From an uncultured virus (IMG/VR IMGVR_UViG_3300043540_000465) (taxonomy: Duplodnaviria > Heunggongvirae > Uroviricota > Caudoviricetes): a DNA stretch of 64,000 nt. The translations under genes were made by a program, and so were the position numbers. Shown here in pieces: positions 56,201 to 64,000 of the stretch (its first letter is position 1; each line of letters opens with the position of its first letter). The notes under the pieces are model-generated. The model was not told where the DNA came from. It searched no databases and saw only the letters and a program-made list of their open reading frames with translations. The stretch lies in the IMG/VR virus record IMGVR_UViG_3300043540_000465; one strand, 5' to 3'.

Positions 56201-59200
56201 GACACCATGGATTGGGAGAGCGCTGCACCCACACCCAACCTCGATGGCTGCGAGCTGCGTCACCACAGCACCGCGGCCTACGAGCTGTTGGAAGAGGTGG
56301 CGTGGGGCATGTACGTCAGTACCTCCCCGGATCTGCGCACATGGCTGGGCTATGCCGGCGCCGATCCGCAGGATCTGACCAACTACCACGGCACTGAGCT
56401 GTTCACCGCGGTCTACGAGCGCTACTACGGGCGCGTCAATCACGGTTTGAAGTTCACGCCGACGCGGGCGCTGCTGGGCTTCCGCCACGAAGACATCACA
56501 CAGCCGCAGCCGGCGACGGTGGACGACTACGTGTTCCCTGACATTCCGCATCTGCGGTTGCGGGTGAAGCCGACCAAGGTGGTCGAGTACGCGTTCTACC
56601 AGTGGAACGGCAGCGTGTGGAACACGGTCAGCGCGCCCCCGGATGCTACTATCAGACCGCTGGATCCAGTGGTGGGGCAGACCGTGCACGTCACCACGCC
56701 GGGACCCTACGAGGGCTACTGGGTGTGGAACGGCGCGGCCTGGGATCTCATCGCGGTGGTGACGACGCTGCCGGTCTCCGGCACCTACGTCGGCATCGTC
56801 GTGCACTACATGGAGCCGCTGGGCAACATCCTGTGGAAGTTCACCATCCCGTTCAGCGATCTCTACCGCGCGACGGCCGAGCAGCTCTACGGTGATCCCA
56901 CGGCCAACATCGATCACCTGGGCTCGCTGCTCAGCTCGTGCGTGTTCCCCATCGAAGTCAACGACGGCGAGACGCCGGTGGCCCTGTACGGCTACGAGGT
57001 GCACGGCAGCGACTCGGTCGACATCTACGTCAAGTCGTTGCCCGAATCCACCAACATCGACTACTCCGGCTACGGGGCGGATCCGCAAGCTCACCCCTGG
57101 CCCGACTTCAACCTGGGGCGCACGGCGCTGGCGATGCCGGCCGTCGACGCTAACAAGTACTACAACGTGATGGTGGGCGTGCGGTTCGATCACCTGTTCA
57201 CCGGCTACCGCCTGGGGAAGGCTAATCGGTCGGTGGAAGCGCTGTACGAATGGCGCACGCAGTACCTCTACAACGGCGAGGGGAATCGCATCATACACTC
57301 GCACACCAGCACGTTGGATTCAGTCTTCAACACCGCCGTGGTGGCCCGCGACGGCGTCATCCTCGCTGCGCACGTCTACCGCGTGCCAACGACCTCGGAG
57401 AAGCTGGCCGGCAAGACCAAGAATCTCTGGGTCACTAATCATCGCCTGGCTCCGTCGGGCTACCTGGGCACCAACTTCGTGCCCTTCTGCTTGCTGTTTG
57501 ATCAGGATGGCTACATCAACCCGATCGGGGCGCCCGATCACAACGTCTACATGGTGCACTACTTGGTGCATCGGCCGGTCAAGACGTGCGAGCGTGTGCT
57601 GGTCAACTATCTGTTCGCGCCGTACCAGGGCATCGTGCGGGACAACCAGGACGCGATGCTGAAGCTACAGGGCAAGGCGCTGCGCGTCAGCGACATCTTC
57701 ACCACCGGTTACGGTGCCTATGCGCCGTGGCTGAACTACTGGCTGATCGACCCGCTGTGGACGCAGCCGACGCCCAACCAAGGCGTGCGCACGCTGGAAG
57801 ACGCGTTCGAACGCGCGTGGTATCCCACGCTGCGCCATGATCTGTACTTCAACTACGCTAACCTGCTGGGGTACCTGCCCTTCCCCAAGCTCGACAGCAT
57901 CGGCATCATCGTCAAGAATCAGAACTGCGGGCAGCTGGAGGGGTGGAACATCGACGAAGGTGACATCAAGCCACCAGTGTTCCGGTCGCAGGTGCTACCG
58001 CCGGGGCTAGTGCGGCGGCATCGCCGGCCCGACTTGTTCTACTCGCTCTACGGCTTCACCGACCCTCTGCTGGCCGAGCTGGCAGCATTCAACCCCTTCG
58101 GGGGCGAGCTGACGATGTTCATCATGGGCCTGCTGGGGCCGAGCCGGGCGGTGCCTTGGTTCGCCTACTTCCGTAACTCGAAGACTAGCACGTTGAACTT
58201 AGGCTACAACCAGCTGCACCAGATCAACGGCTTCGGCTATCCGTCGACCGATCCGCTGCAGGCGTTCCATTCGCTGCTGCGGTTGTCAGGAACGCAACAG
58301 GCCGCGTTTGCCAACGACAACATCGTGCCGGGGCGGCGCGGCTGGTTGTTCACCGAAACCTACGCCTCGCACGATCTGATCATGCAGCTACCGAAGATCC
58401 ATCCGCAGATCTGTCAAGTGCGGTACCCGTCGGGCAATGTGTTCTTCGGTCCCGATGGCGACTACTGGAACAGAGTGGCCGCGCCGGACGGGACGGGCGC
58501 GCAGCAGTTCCCTGGGCAGTTCGGGGTGGCCTGGGCCGGGCAGGACATGGACTACCCGCTGATTGGGGTGGGAAGGGCCGAAGATCCCGACAGCCACCAG
58601 CTGGAGCTCAGTCTGCTGCAAAACCCACCGGAGGAGCCGACGCAAGTCACCCTGAGTGGTCGCAGCATCACGCCGCCCAGCTTGGTGCGCGCCTCACTCT
58701 ACAACTACCTTGGCATGCTGCTGCAGCATCCGAGCGGGGATCTGCTCCTGCAGATCACGTGCGGCTACTCGTGCAACCCCGTATTCTCTCCGGTCGGCGG
58801 CATCTACGACGGCTTCGTGCCGCTGTATCGCCCGCTGGTGCGCGACAACCAACTGGATCGGCACAAGAGTACCTACGGCTACGAACCGTACCTGCTACCG
58901 GATCCCAACGGCGCGCTGGCACCGCTGGCGAATGCCGGTACCTACTGCCTGTCGACCCCGCCGGGGCCGGGGCCGGGGCACGACGTGCCGTTCACGGTGT
59001 GCATCGACAAGTTCACCGTGACGGGGCAGGGCTCCAACATCACCGGGCACTGGGGCGGGCTGCCGACGGTGCCACCGCAGATCATGGTGGGCATCTGGAC
59101 CAGCGAGGCCGAGCGGCTGGCGCACCCCTACAACCCAGATCGTATCATTAAGCAGGGTGTGAACAACTTTGGTGGTGTCGGTAATCCGCCAGTCTTCTCG

Positions 59201-59668
59201 ACGTTTGCCTACGACGCCAGCGCGCTGCGGGGTACATACCATGTTCAAGTTACGGCAATGCCGGGCAACAGCGTCTCAGTCACGATCACCAAGCCCGACA
59301 GCACCACCGTCAACCTGGGGCCGATTGCCTTCAACCCGTACAACCCCGGCGATTCAGTGGCGTTCGTGATCGACGCGCATCTCACCATCACCACTACTGT
59401 CGGCATTGTGGTGACGTGGAATGCCTCCACCAACTTCAACTACCTGCTGCATACGTCGGCAGTGGGCAATGTGCTCGATCCAGGGGTGACGTGTACCTGC
59501 AATCCTACCGGTGATTGGTTGGTCGTGTTCAGCCTCAACGTGTATCCCGGCGTGGTCACGGATCGGGTCGTGGTGTGGCTGGTGGACGGCGCGCACGCGG
59601 CTGACAACTACCTGCCGACCGATCGACTGTGCGATCCGGCGGTCGCGACCATCGGTGACATTGACTAG
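53225..59668 (+). CDS. Very large tail fibre/baseplate protein (2147 aa)
   Basis: Position; YRRDLVYL, DGMVYAIPLALVHRRN, RPDG...ILDLRH motifs resembling large myophage baseplate/fibre proteins. Confidence 0.65.
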   Translation: MAIRALLAWDSNDLPSTWNDRFRSIFKVGVYSGGTSTPAATPLHVTVSPFVAVSFDGMVVRDDDEAHDIPLTDNADQLICLLAKYREFDDPILQWQVILTSSLPAHPDKDYLIIFARAITVGGVITSLEPWAEHRIDGVSRHPLRPPVATTGDLPLTGNVVGDVIPVLADASLWIWEADNTWHPHYANIDPFVLTITSALMGYSESLRYGNGTGIIAGGSAYEEKPGSWPTQDGSLSDYRTEVRAQVQAGLQNLELAVEGFSAMLNGHFLKTYPVTLPLVPQPTSGAWPQYAVCLEYYREQLTTDPDVTTPYYKRYTTRALTAPGDPVDATILDLLPIVDTQEQNTELNFDYFPIEITGKNVWVRARWQLTVKPINSTLANSSHVPPQHLHNYFKVDPLAVWGGATTYALETGGPGPNPYWGENLYIGTKADAYQGIAYMIPLFVVRTDGTLPLPTTQSPWTYPAGGTQLRLGLWSVYPRVRDNLQQLGTDHQLLKHFSELAEQRSRRCSGFVDFGGYRWSGGAANSVWWERENLQPPVEYGPEAKHVAVQVDGFVARLPFLAQQVFMATLPAPPSELGSYRRDLVYLTMRRVLNPIPTTMLQAATPPSWFVDTGIPVSYYEYVNDVTNTPAKRLASGTLKYQLRVEVAEAGDAFDEFSAFYQYNGEAPKLDVDGRPLARNLNGVLYHRHASDPGLWVGVEDLRNFVDQRPVLQSVWPSESEPTAIEPPVANDTARNRNDQLITDGMVYAIPLALVHRRNTATYDPCANPNGTTASRNAQSYRPDGAIDATLVLLREILDLRHLVELVGTDLESVLYRSLDLNVQGKLFTSFGFDELGGVVVRDRLGAEILRTEQLGGDPCSDELAPPDGKRLLWSDSEEYYSRPLHQRLDDVQLGQGFDLSIQPSGWWGTDPTYNSQLALQPYTLEGRNIVGQVGTPANGTPPNAGTPVPDGGALRLVRGSVMYMLEDGLSIPPAYVMAYPNIATRRVAVFDTMDWESAAPTPNLDGCELRHHSTAAYELLEEVAWGMYVSTSPDLRTWLGYAGADPQDLTNYHGTELFTAVYERYYGRVNHGLKFTPTRALLGFRHEDITQPQPATVDDYVFPDIPHLRLRVKPTKVVEYAFYQWNGSVWNTVSAPPDATIRPLDPVVGQTVHVTTPGPYEGYWVWNGAAWDLIAVVTTLPVSGTYVGIVVHYMEPLGNILWKFTIPFSDLYRATAEQLYGDPTANIDHLGSLLSSCVFPIEVNDGETPVALYGYEVHGSDSVDIYVKSLPESTNIDYSGYGADPQAHPWPDFNLGRTALAMPAVDANKYYNVMVGVRFDHLFTGYRLGKANRSVEALYEWRTQYLYNGEGNRIIHSHTSTLDSVFNTAVVARDGVILAAHVYRVPTTSEKLAGKTKNLWVTNHRLAPSGYLGTNFVPFCLLFDQDGYINPIGAPDHNVYMVHYLVHRPVKTCERVLVNYLFAPYQGIVRDNQDAMLKLQGKALRVSDIFTTGYGAYAPWLNYWLIDPLWTQPTPNQGVRTLEDAFERAWYPTLRHDLYFNYANLLGYLPFPKLDSIGIIVKNQNCGQLEGWNIDEGDIKPPVFRSQVLPPGLVRRHRRPDLFYSLYGFTDPLLAELAAFNPFGGELTMFIMGLLGPSRAVPWFAYFRNSKTSTLNLGYNQLHQINGFGYPSTDPLQAFHSLLRLSGTQQAAFANDNIVPGRRGWLFTETYASHDLIMQLPKIHPQICQVRYPSGNVFFGPDGDYWNRVAAPDGTGAQQFPGQFGVAWAGQDMDYPLIGVGRAEDPDSHQLELSLLQNPPEEPTQVTLSGRSITPPSLVRASLYNYLGMLLQHPSGDLLLQITCGYSCNPVFSPVGGIYDGFVPLYRPLVRDNQLDRHKSTYGYEPYLLPDPNGALAPLANAGTYCLSTPPGPGPGHDVPFTVCIDKFTVTGQGSNITGHWGGLPTVPPQIMVGIWTSEAERLAHPYNPDRIIKQGVNNFGGVGNPPVFSTFAYDASALRGTYHVQVTAMPGNSVSVTITKPDSTTVNLGPIAFNPYNPGDSVAFVIDAHLTITTTVGIVVTWNASTNFNYLLHTSAVGNVLDPGVTCTCNPTGDWLVVFSLNVYPGVVTDRVVVWLVDGAHAADNYLPTDRLCDPAVATIGDID

Positions 59669-59686
59669 CGAGACTGAGGACGACGC

Positions 59687-62600
59687 ATGAGCTGCCCGAT
59701 TCGGCCCCGGTCTATACCTGAAGGTCTCCCTGGGTGTCCATCTGAGCCGGTACCTTCGGTGGGCGATTCGTCGACTATCGTCGGCGATCCCATCATTCGT
59801 GACCTCTATCCCACGCCGGGGGAGACCGCCATACTCACCAAGTACCATCCGCTGTACGTCTACTTGGTGGATCTGTTCGCGCACGGCAGTCCCAGCCCGC
59901 TCTACTTTGGCGAGGCCGCCATCTTCCACGACATGAACGGCGTTCCCTGGTGGCCGTTCGGCCAGCGCATGGAGCCCGCGGAAGGATATCGTGTAGGACT
60001 GGCGCGCACCGACTTCTACAACATCATTGGGCTGGCTACTACCAGCAGCTACTGGGACGGCTTCGACCCGGAGCGCATGAACTTCGCGCTCATGTGGGCC
60101 ATCCGCCAGTACTATCTCACGACCTACCACGTGGATCTGGCACGCTTCCACGTTGAGATCCGTGCGGGAGCCCCGTACCGCATCGACGATCCACTACAGC
60201 CGGCGCGGGAAGCTATTGTGCTGCGCGAGCTGCCACAGCACTGCACCGAGCGGGAGTGCTTCATCCCCGGCGAAGTAGATCCGATCAATGACTACCGCTA
60301 CTACGTGGCCGACCAGTTGATTGCGAGTCTGCTGCGGCACTTCACCGACGGCATGACGGGTCTTACCTCGTGGGGGCGGCGGCTCAAATGGGCAGGTACG
60401 TTCAACCCCTCATTGGCGCGCGGCTATCTGCACAACGGCACTAGCTACTTGAACCAGCTACAAGACGGCTGGGAGCTGCATCTGGGCTGCAAGTTGTTCG
60501 ACCAGCTACTGCGAAACTTCGTGGGCCTGCGCAACACCGATCCCGCGAGCTACGATCCGGCGGCGACCCCACCCGTGGATCCGACGGATCCGCCGCCGCC
60601 TAATTACCATGCCGCGTGGACCAACTTCGTGCACTTCGGCCGTGGAACAATGGCGCAGTGGCTGCGCTACTGGATCGAGTTCAATACCGGGTTGCGGGAA
60701 GACACTGGCACCTTCCTCACCAGTGGCGAGCGCTTCAACTATGGCACTACACAGCTGTATCCACTAGTCCATCCCTCACCGCTGCCACGGCTGTACCACA
60801 CGGCAACGTGGTTCAACACCGGTAACTTGGTGTTGGTGGCAGGCGGCTGGAGCAAGGGTCACGTGATCAATACCGCGGATCTCTACAGCGTGACCTTCGG
60901 CGTCTGGACCAACACCAACGACATGCTACAAGCTCGCGCGCTGCACACGGCCACGTGGTTGCTCCTCGCGCCGGACCAGATCCTGGTCACCGGCGGCATC
61001 AACGACGATGGCATGCCGCTGGCGAGCACCGAGGCGTTTGATGTTGTGGCGCACACCTGGAGCCCGCGGGCGCCGATGGCCCATGCGCGCGTGCAGCACA
61101 CGGCCACTTATCTAACGGACGTCAGCGGCGACAAGGTGGTCGTGGTCGGCGGGTGGGGTGGTATCAGCGGTGGGATGTCGGCGACCGATTGCTCGCAGAC
61201 TTACGACATCGCCACCGATACGTGGAGCGCGCCCGTTGCCCTGCACCAAAGTCGCGCCTTGCACGCCGCCATGAATATAGCGACCGGACAGCTGTTCGTG
61301 TGCGGTGGCGTGGGTGCTGATGGCGTTCCGACTGCGTCGACCGAGATGTATACGGTAGCCGGGGGGTGGAGCACCAGAGCGACCATGCCTGACGCGCGCT
61401 ACGGCCACACGCTCACCACACTCATCGGTCCCAGCTCCCACACCTACCTAGTGGCAGTAGGTGGCTACGGTCCCGGTGGCATCGTGCTGGATTCCGCCGC
61501 CGCCTACCGCACCGACAACGACACGTGGAACATCACGCTCAATCCCGCCCCAATGAACTACCGACGGGCGCTGCACAGTGCGGCCCAGATCGACGATACT
61601 AGCTTGCTCGTCTACGGCGGGGTAGACGAGGTGGGCAATCCGGTGGCCCAGGCTGAGATCTACAACACTATAACCAACTCCTGGACGGTGGTGCCGCAAG
61701 TCACCGCGCGCAAGGGCGCGACGGCCACCAGCCTGGGCACCACGGGCGGTGGGGGTACGGTGGACGTGCTGCTCGTCGGCGGCGACGACGCGGCAGCCGG
61801 TCCCGTGAGCAAGAAGCTGCACTGGGCGATGCAAACCGGCGTCGGTGATCTCGGCGCGCTGCGTACCGCACGCGTCGTCACCGTGCGCCCCCAAGACGAC
61901 TGGCGTATCAGCGACGACGTCGCCACGGTACTGGCCGAGTACCAACGGCAAATCTGCTCCCACGCGGTGGTGGACTACCACATCAAGTGGGTGCGGCGGT
62001 GGGCGTGGGGCATTGGTGGCGCCGGCAACAACGAAGGCTACGTCGACGGTCGCAGCATCAACTATGGTGGGGGAGCGGTGCGGTTGCTTGAGGCGCCGCC
62101 GCCGACGATCGCGCAACCGGCACCGCCTAATCCGAACCCGTGGTGGTACATGCCGTCGAACCTGATCCATCGCCACGTGTGGGCGCCCGACCTGCGACGA
62201 TGGGACTGCAATCACGACTTCCCATGGTCGCCGTCGCAGGGCAACTCCAAGTACTTCTTGATGTGCCCGTGGGTGCTCAACTGGACTGACTGGCACGCGC
62301 TCGACGCGCTCTGCCGGAGCGCACCCGACTGGGCCACCGCGCTGGTGCAGCGCGAGCTAGAAGCAACGCAGCTGGATGCCATGCTCACTGCATGGCCGGC
62401 GTGGCGCCGTGTGCTAAATGCCTACGCGAGCACCTGGGCGGTGCAGCCGCCGTGGAGCAACATCAACGCTTATCTGGACGTCGAGGCGTTCCAGTTGATG
62501 GGCAAGGCGCCAGAGGCAACCGTGGACCCGCGCAACACGCCCCCACCGGATCCGGCGTGGACGGACTCATCGGTGTCCGCGACGTTTACGCTCCGCGAAC

Positions 62601-63214
62601 GAGACGTGCTGCTGGCGGTGTTTGAGCAGTATCTCGCCGATAGCCCGAGCAGCACGGGCCTGCCTGCGGACATGACCACGGTAGTCTGGTTCAGTCGGTT
62701 GGGTAACTGCAGCAGGTACCCCTACTGGACGAGCAACAACACCAGCGTCTTGGACTGGAGCCAGATCGGCATAACGCGCGAGATGGCCGACGGGATCATC
62801 GATCAAGCCGTCTACGATCCGCTGTGGGGCGCGGAGCCGTTCCACGCGCTCCACGCCGCCGCGGTCACCTTCCTGAGCGAGCTGTCACGGCAGGGCGTGC
62901 TCAAGGAGAGCAATCCGCCGGGCGAGTTCTACAACTATGCCCAGACGGTGACGTACGGCGCGAATACCGTGTTCGACTACTACTGGCGGGTGTGGGGCAA
63001 GGAAGCGGCGGCGCCACCGCCAGATCCGCAGACGGATGGCGGTGCCTTCCGCGACATTCTCCCTGCGATGGATCCCATCTCCCGCTTCCATTCGGAGTAC
63101 TGGCAAGCGAGTGTGGACGCCGTCGGGGGAACGAATAAGCCCAGCGATAGCCTGATGATGCACTTCTTCATGGCCAGCGCGCTGATGTACTACATGGGCC
63201 ATCGAGGTTACTGA
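59687..63214 (+). CDS. Kelch-repeat beta-propeller protein, probably virion-associated
   Basis: Seven R..HTAT...(V/L)LVxGG-type repeats at about 60780-61800. Confidence 0.85.
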   Translation: MSCPIRPRSIPEGLPGCPSEPVPSVGDSSTIVGDPIIRDLYPTPGETAILTKYHPLYVYLVDLFAHGSPSPLYFGEAAIFHDMNGVPWWPFGQRMEPAEGYRVGLARTDFYNIIGLATTSSYWDGFDPERMNFALMWAIRQYYLTTYHVDLARFHVEIRAGAPYRIDDPLQPAREAIVLRELPQHCTERECFIPGEVDPINDYRYYVADQLIASLLRHFTDGMTGLTSWGRRLKWAGTFNPSLARGYLHNGTSYLNQLQDGWELHLGCKLFDQLLRNFVGLRNTDPASYDPAATPPVDPTDPPPPNYHAAWTNFVHFGRGTMAQWLRYWIEFNTGLREDTGTFLTSGERFNYGTTQLYPLVHPSPLPRLYHTATWFNTGNLVLVAGGWSKGHVINTADLYSVTFGVWTNTNDMLQARALHTATWLLLAPDQILVTGGINDDGMPLASTEAFDVVAHTWSPRAPMAHARVQHTATYLTDVSGDKVVVVGGWGGISGGMSATDCSQTYDIATDTWSAPVALHQSRALHAAMNIATGQLFVCGGVGADGVPTASTEMYTVAGGWSTRATMPDARYGHTLTTLIGPSSHTYLVAVGGYGPGGIVLDSAAAYRTDNDTWNITLNPAPMNYRRALHSAAQIDDTSLLVYGGVDEVGNPVAQAEIYNTITNSWTVVPQVTARKGATATSLGTTGGGGTVDVLLVGGDDAAAGPVSKKLHWAMQTGVGDLGALRTARVVTVRPQDDWRISDDVATVLAEYQRQICSHAVVDYHIKWVRRWAWGIGGAGNNEGYVDGRSINYGGGAVRLLEAPPPTIAQPAPPNPNPWWYMPSNLIHRHVWAPDLRRWDCNHDFPWSPSQGNSKYFLMCPWVLNWTDWHALDALCRSAPDWATALVQRELEATQLDAMLTAWPAWRRVLNAYASTWAVQPPWSNINAYLDVEAFQLMGKAPEATVDPRNTPPPDPAWTDSSVSATFTLRERDVLLAVFEQYLADSPSSTGLPADMTTVVWFSRLGNCSRYPYWTSNNTSVLDWSQIGITREMADGIIDQAVYDPLWGAEPFHALHAAAVTFLSELSRQGVLKESNPPGEFYNYAQTVTYGANTVFDYYWRVWGKEAAAPPPDPQTDGGAFRDILPAMDPISRFHSEYWQASVDAVGGTNKPSDSLMMHFFMASALMYYMGHRGY

Positions 63215-64000
63215 TGCCGCTGCCTTCAATCACTCCCTACAGCCCGGCGCAGCGTGTCGTCTTCGATGCACTGCTGGCGGGTGCGCCACCGGCCAACATT
63301 ACCACGGTCTTGGACTTTCTCGACCAAGTGATCTACAACGAACGCGACGTGATGTACAACGGCCTGCTAGCGGCGCCGACTACGCCACCAGATGAGCCGG
63401 TGACGATGCTCACCGACGTCGCCAATGCGTTGATTCACTTCGGCCCGGTAGGTTTCGCGTACCTGATCGAGCGGTTCTCTGTAGGCACGGGCGGCGTCGA
63501 CCTGCTGAACCCCCGATTGATTACGCCGGTAGATCCCACCGCGACCGGGCTGGTAAACGAGGTCTACAGCGACCTGCTGCTAGCCGAGCGGCAGATCAGC
63601 ATCAGCAGCTTCGTCGGCGGTACCAAGCCAAACGAGAGTGATGTGAATGCGGCGGCGGCGGTGCAGGGGGTGTACTACTTCGACATCCGTGCGGTGACGT
63701 TCATCGACCCAACGCACGCGACGCTGGATGTAGACGTGACGCCGCAAGGCAGTGCAGTCATCCATCTGACTGGGATTCCGTTCGATCCGTCGGCGCCAGG
63801 CGACATCGTGGCCTTGACAGTGAGCCCCAGTCTGTGGCATAATGTATCGGTAGCGATGATTCTAAGTTGGACGCCACTGATCACGCACTGGTATCTGCGC
63901 GTGCTGAACATTCCGATCATCGAGCGCCCGTCCGCGACGGCGATTGCAATTCCGTGCCGGATTCCGCAGCAGGCGCTGCGCTTCGGCTTGGGCGAGCTGG
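63214..64000 (+). CDS. 3'-truncated hypothetical (probably structural) protein
   Basis: TGATG overlap with the upstream stop; frame MPLPSITPYSPAQRVVFD... is open to the window end; not in the ORF track. Confidence 0.75.
   Translation, partial: MPLPSITPYSPAQRVVFDALLAGAPPANITTVLDFLDQVIYNERDVMYNGLLAAPTTPPDEPVTMLTDVANALIHFGPVGFAYLIERFSVGTGGVDLLNPRLITPVDPTATGLVNEVYSDLLLAERQISISSFVGGTKPNESDVNAAAAVQGVYYFDIRAVTFIDPTHATLDVDVTPQGSAVIHLTGIPFDPSAPGDIVALTVSPSLWHNVSVAMILSWTPLITHWYLRVLNIPIIERPSATAIAIPCRIPQQALRFGLGEL

Noticed and set aside
55871..57304. Long minus-strand ORFs (also 33609..34697, 28937..29917, 61448..62296)
   Set aside because: Antisense shadows of GC-rich + strand genes with no recognisable motifs
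1..64000. Genome-wide TAG recoding, suggested by TAGs inside two nuclease genes
   Set aside because: Many genes end in TAG with the next gene starting right after (e.g. 9400, 32785, 34712, 48534), and long genes are not fragmented

Overview
This window is a GC-rich segment of a large tailed phage with a contractile (myovirus-like) tail. Essentially all credible genes are on the + strand. In order: a 5'-truncated low-complexity protein containing an FtsK ATPase; a tail-assembly chaperone pair with a -1 frameshift site; three tandem, apparently paralogous tape-measure-like proteins; an accessory block (HEAT-repeat, ParB-like, dockerin+zincin protease, structured intergenic RNA candidate, HNH); a sigma70-type promoter before a vWA/MoxR pair; a sigma-like factor; a replication block (intein-containing SF2 helicase, DnaB-like helicase, 5'-nucleotidase, clamp-like protein); and a baseplate/tail-fibre block with interspersed papain and M14 peptidases and a Kelch protein. 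Main observations: (1) the helicase intein carries its endonuclease as a nested +1-frame gene with its own Shine-Dalgarno, now broken by a TAG; (2) three tape-measure paralogues; (3) a ~280-nt highly paired intergenic element ending in a tmRNA-5'-like motif; (4) five further decayed endonuclease relics; (5) two recurring gene-proximal motifs (TGTAAAG, GTATCTTT) that look like phage promoter classes. All calls come from reading motifs by eye; no database searches were run.
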